64,000 nucleotides of DNA, from NCBI RefSeq assembly GCF_964204645.1, contig NW_027437432.1, forward strand, positions 1-64,000. The letters are read 5' to 3'. Under the pieces are notes generated by a model, which made no database searches, was not told the DNA's origin, and saw nothing but the letters and a program-made list of their open reading frames with translations. The stretch is from Tubulanus polymorphus. Taxonomy: Eukaryota; Animalia; Nemertea. The translations under genes were made by a program, and so were the position numbers. Within the stretch, counting starts at the first letter, position 1. Every line of letters starts with the position of its first letter. This document shows, one piece after another, positions 55,770-64,000 of the stretch.

Positions 55770-57296
55770 ATGAAGTCTATCACAGTTGCTTTACTCGTGG
55801 TAAGTTCACACTTTAGTTGAACAACCTTTACTAATGTTATATCAATCCACAGAATATTTAATTTCTTTAACATTATAAAACTTGATGATTTTCAATCTAA
55901 TGCGTTAAGTATTCGGAATCCATTATTTGTATCTACTGTATTCTATATATTGCAGTTTGTTTTTGTGTTTGTGGCTGAATTCAGTTTCTCACTGGCTGCA
56001 AGAACAAACAAGAATCCTCGCCCCCAACAACAAGGTGATCAAAGATAACGAATTTAATTTATTACATAGAGGGGGTTCGGGAGTAAACAGTACACTGTTC
56101 CACTGTTCCACTGTTCCACTGTTCCACCGTTCCACCGTTCCACTGTTCCATTCATTGTTTATCAGCAATGTATAGTTTGTTTGAGTCTTTTATGATCTTC
56201 ATCGCTGTATTTTGAAAAACATATATGGAACTATAAATAAGTGTATGGTACTTGTTTGTGAACTGAGTTGTTATGGGGTCAGGTCAGGAAACACTAAAGC
56301 CCCATTCAACAACGGCTCATAAGTAAATACACCATTGTCAATAACTACAGGAGGCCTCTGCATAAAACCAGGGATTCCTACCAAAACAAAATCAAAAACC
56401 TTTAAAATCCTTACAGTAAAACTAGATAACAAAATACAGAGCTTCAGAAATAATAATTTCGGTTGAAAGAACACTTTAAAAAGCGGGGAATGCGCATGTT
56501 CTATAGACCAGTCCTAGCTACATGAGACGTAGTGCTGCTGCAATACAACTAAACGTTAGTGTTAAATAGGTATGTCCATTCATTTTGTTTTTAATGTGTT
56601 GTAGATGTCTGTTCACTTCCGAAGAAGGTCGGACCCTGCAGAGCGCGAACATTGCGATACTTTTTTAACAAGAAAAGAGGACAATGTAAGGAATTCTATT
56701 ATGGAGGTTGTCGTGGGAACCAGAATAACTTCCAATCAGAAGCGGAATGCGCTCAAAAATGTGTGAAAGGTAATTAATTATACAGGTCCTCCATCTTAAG
56801 AAATGATGGAGGATCGGTCTGGGGGAGGGACAGGAAGGGGGTATCGGGGCGGCGGCGGTTAGGTATTTGACTGTTAACTGTTGAATAAGATGTTAGCTGA
56901 AATGAACTCGATTCAGCGATTTGGCGACTTTCCGAGTTTTCCTGATAATCTGATATTATGTTGTAGATTCACCTATCCCGCAGCTAGATGGCGCTGATAC
57001 GTGTTCCCTACCAGCTGAAACCGGCCAGTGTAGAGGAGCCTTCCAGCGATATCACTTCGATCAACTACTGGGAAAATGTGTCAAATTTACTTATGGAGGA
57101 TGTGACGGAAATAGTAATAACTTCCGAACCAAACGAGCGTGTGTTTTACAGTGTGCAGGTGCTCGCAGAATTAACAGGTATTCTTCAGTCCAACATGTTC
57201 ACCAGCAGGGGGCGCTGGGTTAACGGGGTTCCCTGTTCTCGTGAGGCAATCTCATCTCTAGGTTTAATATTTTTATAATTTTCTAGAAGAGGTTAG
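55770..57296 (+). CDS. Secreted protein with two BPTI/Kunitz domains (exons 55770-55799, 55956-56034, 56605-56769, 56967-57177, 57287-57296)
   Basis: Signal peptide MKSITVALLV|FVFVFVAEFSFSLA. Domain 1 is CSLPKKVGPCRARTLRYFFNKKRGQCKEFYYGGCRGNQNNFQSEAECAQKC. Domain 2 is CSLPAETGQCRGAFQRYHFDQLLGKCVKFTYGGCDGNSNNFRTKRACVLQC. Each has all 6 Cys and the domain exons start in phase 1. AATAAA lies at about 57399. The gene is absent from the ORF track, and the last exon is uncertain. Confidence 0.9.
57202..57216 (+). promoter_or_regulatory. CTCF-consensus motif
   Basis: CCAGCAGGGGGCGCT matches the CTCF core CCASYAGRKGGCRS. Similar sites are at 59422, 59637, 53239, 39880 and 50975 (reverse). Confidence 0.5.
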
Positions 57297-58071
57297 AAGA
57301 GAAGAAGAACTGAGTGGTGTGTTAAATCTGAAAATCGACAAGAAAAGGGTTAGGGTTGTATGTGTAATTTCTGAGATATATTTGTTGGAGATTAATTGAA
57401 TAAACTTCACGACACTGAATATGACTTTATTCAATTTGGTTTAAAAAAAATAAATTTCATGAGTTCTAACTGAATCAAGTTTTCGAATTTTATAAGATTA
57501 TGGGGTCGTTGGTGCATTGTAAACATCCTCGCTTGCCAGGGTTTGATTGGAGCCCGCTGTAGTCAGAAACTCGTAAACACTCGGGGTTAATGAATTTTTA
57601 ATGAATCGCTTTCTTTTTTAGTAAAATATAATAGATATGTTTAGCTGTGTGAGTGAGAACATTAAAACTAGTTTAAAGTGTGAGTGACTGCGGAGAACTT
57701 GATAATGAAAAAAACAGTCTTACAAATATCGCCATCACCAGGAGAATAGCAACTATAATGTGTTATATCGAAATCAATAGAGTTTTATGTCCATAGAATT
57801 GGCAACATAGACACAAACACCTCGCTACTGTATAAATTACAGACTGAATCGCTGCGCTGTGAAGACGTCGAGCTAAACACACGTCGAGAGAGAGAGAAAA
57901 TTATAGGCATCGCACATATATAGCTGCGCCAAATGATGATTACAGACTTCAAAACTGTGAACAATAATAAATGGGTATGAACTGCACGAGTGCGCGCATC
58001 ACTCACATCAGTGGAGTCGACTGCTTCGTGACGCCGTGATTCTTACAGTTTTGCGCATTACACCAAAAACA

Positions 58072-59118
58072 ATGTCGTTACTAATGAATGAAACAGCCGC
58101 AGATCCTGCGCTGATTTGTTGCGGTAGATATTGTGATGGTTCAGGCACGATCTTCACGTACAAGACGATCATGACATTAACTCGTGGCATATTTTATACA
58201 ATCGGTATCATCTCAAACTGTCTCGCGTTTATCGTTATTCATCTGATGAAACTTAGAGGTAGCAGTATTCTATATTTGGAGATGCTGGCTGTAGCTGATT
58301 GTGTAAACTGTCTGACCGGTTTGTTCGGACGCGAGTTGTTACTGATCTCCAGACGCTTCCCATTTGAACATATTCGCTACAATCACATTTATCAACAATA
58401 TTATCGTTATATCAATACTTACGTGGACGCCATCTTCCAAATGACGACGACCACCAGTTCGTGGCTACTTTTCGCGTTAAGTTTAGACCGTTATGTAGCT
58501 ATTAGATTCCCACTGTCTGCTAGGAATATTTGCACGATTCGAAATGCATTTCGTGTTTCTGTTGCAATTTGGATTCTAACTTTTATTTTCGATTTACCGA
58601 CAATTTGGGATAAAGAAGTGTACGTAAGGCTGCCTGGTCGGGTCTGTAGTTTATTGGCAAAAAGGAGATTCTTGCTTCTCAATACTCAATACGCTTTGTA
58701 TTACGATTTTGTATTCGGTAAAGTAGTGTTGAAGTTTATTCCGGGTTTGATTGTTTTAGGTTGTAATCTACACATGGCGATATTAGTTCGTTTGGCGGCT
58801 CGTCTGAGACACAAACTTCAACAAATCGACGTCAAAGATGAAGCTTCGACAAATAGTAAACAAGGACGACAAATAACTCTGTCAATATTAGCTTTAAATG
58901 TAATATTTATGGTTGAATATGGAATGTCTTTAGTAAATACAATGTTACCAGCGATTTTACCGGAAGGGGGATCAAAATTTCGCCCGTTTAATTCGGGTCA
59001 GTTGATTCACGCTATTAATTCTACGATAAATTTATTCGTTTATTTAGGAATTCGAAGAGGTTTTGGAGAAACTTTAGTTTGGTTTTTGAGTTGTCATCGT
59101 TTTGGAAACCGAATGTAG
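58072..59118 (+). CDS. Single-exon class A GPCR, FMRFamide-receptor-like orphan
   Basis: Seven hydrophobic segments with GIISN (TM1), LAVAD (TM2), SLDRYVAIRFP (TM3), W (TM4), FIP (TM5) and NSTINLFVY (TM7). N-terminal NET sequon. First ATG at 58072 within ORF 58036-59118. Confidence 0.9.
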   Translation: MSLLMNETAADPALICCGRYCDGSGTIFTYKTIMTLTRGIFYTIGIISNCLAFIVIHLMKLRGSSILYLEMLAVADCVNCLTGLFGRELLLISRRFPFEHIRYNHIYQQYYRYINTYVDAIFQMTTTTSSWLLFALSLDRYVAIRFPLSARNICTIRNAFRVSVAIWILTFIFDLPTIWDKEVYVRLPGRVCSLLAKRRFLLLNTQYALYYDFVFGKVVLKFIPGLIVLGCNLHMAILVRLAARLRHKLQQIDVKDEASTNSKQGRQITLSILALNVIFMVEYGMSLVNTMLPAILPEGGSKFRPFNSGQLIHAINSTINLFVYLGIRRGFGETLVWFLSCHRFGNRM

Positions 59119-59141
59119 TTGACCCAACTTAAATGCTGGGC

Positions 59142-59308
59142 CGCCGGCCGGAACACTCGAGACGCCGATAAACTGTGACCGGTCGAACATGGAACACTGA
59201 TCAATGGTTAATCTACACTCAGTATCCAAATCACTCTGAAACCGTCTCAATCTCGGGTTCGAACCTGGACCCCCCCCCCCGTTTTCCTCTCTAGTGTTCG
59301 GCCCGGCG
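59142..59308. mobile_element. Small MITE-like element just 3' of the GPCR stop
   Basis: Imperfect terminal inverted repeats cgccggccggaacactcgaga / tctctagtgttcggcccggcg. Confidence 0.5.
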
Positions 59309-59707
59309 CGTGCATAAAACGTGTGGTTTTATATAGACTTGTTGCCGGTCTCCACCTACACTTATAGACTGGTCACCGGTCTTGACAGGCAACCAGTCTA
59401 ACATTCGCCTTCAGAAAAATTCCAATAGATGGCGAACGGGGCGGGAGTCAATGCAAACCGAACCGTCGTTTGGTCATACAAGCTTACATTTCTATGACAA
59501 AAGAAATACTTTTTACCACAAGACAAATCAAAAAACCCAGATGAAGATTCAGAAGAAATCCAGTGTTTCGATAAAGTTTAGCGAGGATAGGAATAATCTA
59601 GTCGCTCGGACGTTTCGGGCTCAGAGTCAGCTACCTCGACTAGGTGGCAGCACAGTCTGGGTATATTCAATTCAATTCACTAAATTGATTCCTTCAAATT
59701 GTCAGAA

Positions 59708-61477
59708 ATGTCAAAACGAATTTCTGATGGTTTGTTAAGACTGGTAACACAACGATGTAATAGTTATCTTTTACCAGGTAAATCACAGATATTGCATTCT
59801 TTCTCCTCCTCCCATCCCCGCGAGATACTAAAAAAAAACTAAAAGCTGGCAAATTTTAGTTTTAGATAGAGCCAGGCCCCTGGCCCTGCTGCACAAAACT
59901 GTCTCACTCAGAAACTGGACTATTTCCAGGTTCGATTAGAGAGAAATGTAGCGATTTTTATATCGGGCGACATCGAGTCGGGACAATTCGAGCTGATCAT
60001 TTGAAAGAGCTACTTCAATATCGGGATACATTCACAATACGTGATCAAACTACTGGTAGTATACAGCTGAATGAATCTGAATCATCACTGGATTCAACAC
60101 GACAACGTGGCGTTACTGAATCACTGGATTCAACACGACGTGTTACTGAATCACTGGATTCAACACGACATGTTACTGAATCACTGGATTCAACACGACG
60201 TGTTACTGAATCACTGGATTCATACAAACACAGAACACAACGTGTTAATGATGTGCTGCTCGATTTAAAACAGAAGAGCAAACTAGAAGCGTTGAACGGC
60301 TGGAGAAATGAGGTAGAATCTCACTCCTCATTCTATGCCTCGCGAGTGCAAATTGAACCCATCTTTATTAAATTATTTTCTAAATTTCAGTTCTATGAAG
60401 TCTGGGCAAATGATAGACGATGTTCACTGATGAAAATAGAAAGGGCAGCAGCGTGTAAGTATTGTAAGTTCTGGTTAGAAGATCCTTTGAGAAGTTTCAC
60501 AGTCTCTCACCACAGAACACTTACATTATTTCAGGTATATTTGGTATAAGGACGTATGGAGTTCATATAAATGGATATGTTAATCATTCTACGGAAGGAC
60601 TGTGCGTTTGGACTGCCCGCCGGTCACCTACTAAACCAACTTATCCAAACAAACTCGATCAAATGGTCAGTACTGATTATAGGTAAATAACGGCTGAATA
60701 GTTCCAATATTCAGTATTTATTCGTGATTGTTGATTCAGGTTGCCGGTGGACTGACTGCTGGACTAACGGTTTTAGATTGCGCAAGGAAGGAATGCGGCG
60801 AAGAGGCTTCAATTCCAGAACAATTCCTCAATAAATTAAAACATGTTGGATGTGTCAGGTTTGTGCATTTTAAAAATCACCAGAACTAATCTGCAACCTG
60901 GAGCCACCCTGTTCAATTTGGAGCCACCCTGTTGATTATTTTCAGTTATTGCTATGAAGCGTCACGTGGTATTGTCCCCGGTGTTGAATATTGTTTTGAT
61001 TTAGAACTTCCACAATCTTTCACTCCGCACAACTCCGATGGAGAAGTCGCTGATTTTCAATTACTTCCTGTACAATCGGTAAATTTTACATTAAACTAAG
61101 ATGAAAATGTTCAGAGGTTGGAGAAATGTTTGCGGTGAAAGATCAGACTTTATTGTGACCTGTCTCTTATTAACATGTAGTTTATTTGTTTTATTTTCAG
61201 TTATTAAGTAAGATGATTACTGATGAGTTTAGGGCTAATGCTGCCCTCGTGAATTTAGACTTTTTAATCAGACATGGAATTATAACTCCTGATAACGGTA
61301 CGTACCAAGAGTTGGGGGGGAGGGGGTACGTACCAAGAGTGGGGGGGGGGGGGGTAGGAGATATCTGTCAAACTATGAGATTTTAAATGTTCATTGTTTC
61401 TATTTTCAGAGCCTAATTATGCAATGTTAGTCGAATGGATGCATACAACACCCTGCCTCCCCTCTGAGAGAGTTTGA
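59708..61477 (+). CDS. Nudix hydrolase, DUF4743/YJR142W (plant NUDX20-like) family, 8 coding exons
   Basis: Spliced: MSKRISD...LNGWRNE|FYEVW...IERAAA-C|IFGIRTYGVHINGYV...WTARRSPTKPTYPNKLDQM|VAGGLTAGLTVLDCARKECGEEASI...FDLELPQSFTPHNSDGEV...LDFLIRHGIITPDN-EPNY...RV*. The GWRNE, GVHINGY, RRSxTKxT(Y/W)P, AGG...KECxEEA and DGEV motifs are diagnostic. Confidence 0.92.
60084..60222 (+). repeat. 30-bp in-frame repeat (VTESLDSTRR)n inside Nudix exon 2
   Basis: About 4.5 copies of gttactgaatcactggattcaacacgac(g/a)t; the frame stays open through to GWRNE. Confidence 0.9.
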
Positions 61478-62090
61478 CTAGTCCTTCCACCCCTCTAATG
61501 AGTGAATAACCTGGTCCACCCTGTATCCACTAATATGATTTTACTAAATTCTGTCTCAATTTAACGATCACCGCGCCTTTGCCTCAGCAGCTCCTATTTA
61601 CCTTTTAGAATAAGATCCTGCAGTGATGTAGTTACTTATAAAACTGAGCTGAAAACTTTTCTGTTTAGGCAATATTTAAATTGACTGTTTTAATTTGTGT
61701 TTATAGCCTTGTTTATTTGTAAACCACGCTGAAATTGAATTGTAAACTGAGCGCGGTAAATAAGAAATAAATACCGGTATTATTATAATGTTTGACTCTT
61801 GTCCACATTTCACTTTAGAATTGTATTGATAGTTTAATAGTATTTTAATAAACAATATATTCATAATATAAATTGTGTTTTTATGCTCAATGTTTGTGGT
61901 ACAAGTAAAGTGACAACTTTTCAATTTCAGCACTTATAATGCACCGGTCCACGATAGGACTGTGTAACTGCTCCTGTGAATCGCCTGCACGCAGAATGAG
62001 TCTACAAATTCTTTTTTTAGAATCGTTTTCTTTTTTCTATCAATTGAGGAATTTATTAAACAAAGCGTTGATGGTACATACAATTAGCCC

Positions 62091-62930
62091 GCCACAGTAA
62101 AAAATACCGAGAGTCGTATATTGACCGTCCAGTGCTGCCTCTATGTATAACGGTAGCGGGGAAAATGCGAACTAACATGATACTCGCGTGCCAGATTGTT
62201 TGAGTGGCCGTATTGGGCAAACTATTTACCGATTTGCGGGCCGGATTCCGAGAAAAATCGAACTCTTTTAAAACAGCACTGTCACTACTTAAATGACGGA
62301 AAAGTTAGTTAAAAAAAATAGTCAATTTGTATCGGGGTGTCTTGTGCATGGTGGATAGATTCACAATGTTTTCTGACCATTACTTTCTCGAAAACGCACC
62401 GCGCCCATCATGCGCCCAAACTGACTGTGGAGAGGACAAAAGGAGAGCTAGTATGATTTGTTCAAAGGCGCAATTAGAAAGAAAACAACAACAAATGATT
62501 CTATTTTGATTGCACAATTTAATAAGAAAATTTAAATACCGGCGGTAAATTTGCATTAATTCACAGAAATTCCGCTGTCGTAATTCATTGGGGCAGCACT
62601 GAACGGTTAAGATCTTATAGAGCCTTGCAATCTTACTGTGGCACGCGAGGAATTCAGATATTTTTCTAAGCCAAATTTCATCCATTACTCAACACTTCTT
62701 TGTTAAGAATTAAAAATCATATCAACATTTACGCTTTTCTAAGGAAAATCTGCTTTCAAAATCAATTCTAAAGCCACTTTTGATATAACTCTTTTGCTCA
62801 GCGGATATTAGCATTCGGTAAAGCGGCAGCGTAGAGTGATAACTCACATGCCACACGAAGAATTTAATTCAAATTACATTTTATTTTCAAAGAATTTCAG
62901 ACCATTTAAATAAATCGATATTAAACTAAC
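62091..62930. mobile_element. Dispersed repeat copy 2 (same family and orientation as 47177-47960)
   Basis: Shared blocks include tgctgcc.ctatgtataacg.tagcggggaaa, ttcacagaaattccgct.tcgt, ggggcagcactgaacgg, tactgtggca.gcgaggaa, cggtaaagcggca and aactcacatgccaca. Confidence 0.6.
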
Positions 62931-64000
62931 AGATTATTTTGCACTTTCCTCAGATCGCGCGGGACCAGTTAATTTCATTCGTCAATCATGCACTTAAGAC
63001 ATGTTATATTGCCCTGAAGTGACGTGTGCTTGGGCTACGGTGACAAATTGAGATAAACTAAAACTTTTTGTGTTCAAATCAGGGGGGGGGGGGGGGGGTC
63101 GGGGAAGAAATATTTGTTCTTCAAAAATAACACTTAGTAGAGTAGACTTCAATCTGTGAATGATTGAAGTTTTTACAGCCAATCAAACATACTAGTGATC
63201 AACTACGGCATGGCTGGTTATTTGACTGAGTCTCCAGTACTGACGTGTTGTAGACAAACTAAGATGTCACATGCGACACGGTATTAAGAATGAACTACAT
63301 GTAAAGTGAGTTGCGAGATGATCAGCCGTCAGAGACGATGGACACAAGAGATGAGGAAACTGCACCTTCAGTCCGGATACAATAGGAAGGAGTCAAATAA
63401 ACAAACAACAAACTAGAAATATTTCACATAAATCAATGATTTATTTTCACACAAAACCAAGCATAAAAATAGCCCAGGTTTGATTAAATCCCGACCCCGA
63501 TAACCTGGTGTCTTTATCAATCCCAACCCCTGAAATCATATAATATATACACAATAAAATCCTCACATAATTTATTAGTTGATGTTAAATGAAACTTGGT
63601 TAAAGGAAGACACAATTCACGATGAATTCATAAAGATGCATAGTTTTTAATCAATCTATGTTTAATGAATGATCTGTAAATTTACTGATTTTCAAAAACT
63701 ATCAGTCCTTTCCGTAACCCCCCCTTCATAGTAAGGATACCATGTGACACATTGTCCTATAGTAGAACCCAGGACCAAAGCTAGTTAACTGATTCCCCTG
63801 AACCCTGATCGGATTCATGTGAAGCAGGTTATTTCACGAGCAAAGTACAATAATTGTTTACATCTCGGGCCAAACGGCTTAAATTCAAACAGATCCAAAT
63901 GGATTTGAAGCCGGCGCTTCAAAAAAAAAAAAAAAAAAAACAATTTCTGACTATTCAGTTATAATAACGGTTTCTCATAGTAACCTTGGAGATAACTGTC

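Noticed and set aside
56988-57278. 96-aa ORF in the track
   Set aside because: Alternative frame over the second Kunitz exon.
59245-59275. tRNA gene (GGTTCGAACC B-box-like)
   Set aside because: No A-box, cloverleaf or acceptor stem; it lies inside a MITE-like inverted repeat.
62327-62685. ORFs within the dispersed repeat as a transposase
   Set aside because: Short, no DDE or other transposase motif, and the frame is not preserved in the 47-kb copy.
63904-63940. Terminator-like hairpin tttgaagccggcgcttcaaa plus A-run
   Set aside because: Intrinsic terminators are not meaningful in this eukaryotic context, and no associated element could be defined.

Overview
Intron-rich, AT-rich animal DNA, probably from a non-arthropod invertebrate (inferred from TTAGGG-type motifs, CTCF-like sites and short introns). 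I spliced seven protein-coding genes by hand using GT-AG junctions and reading phase: the 5' end of TRABD (-), a ~25.5 kb uncharacterised multi-exon gene (-, 3488-29001), TENT4/PAPD5-7 (-), VAP (-), a secreted two-Kunitz-domain protein (+), a single-exon FMRFamide-receptor-like GPCR (+) and a DUF4743/YJR142W-type Nudix hydrolase (+). The most notable object is the giant gene. Its predicted order is: MGTGAS myristoylation motif, 7 tandem cupredoxin-like repeats lacking the copper-ligand loop, a DZANK1-type Fn3-associated domain, 2 FN3, an acidic linker, about 14 FN3, a TlpA-like thioredoxin domain with WCxxS, and a basic tail. RFX X-box matches at its 5' end suggest a ciliary protein. The second theme is about 40 unrelated, locally derived minisatellites. 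Several amplify splice junctions or sit inside exons, and many units contain short palindromes. There are also a two-copy dispersed element with internal inverted repeats and two inverted CCAAT/octamer/TAACCCTAGGGTTA modules. No searches were run; family calls come from recognised motifs, and exon coordinates may be off by a few bases.
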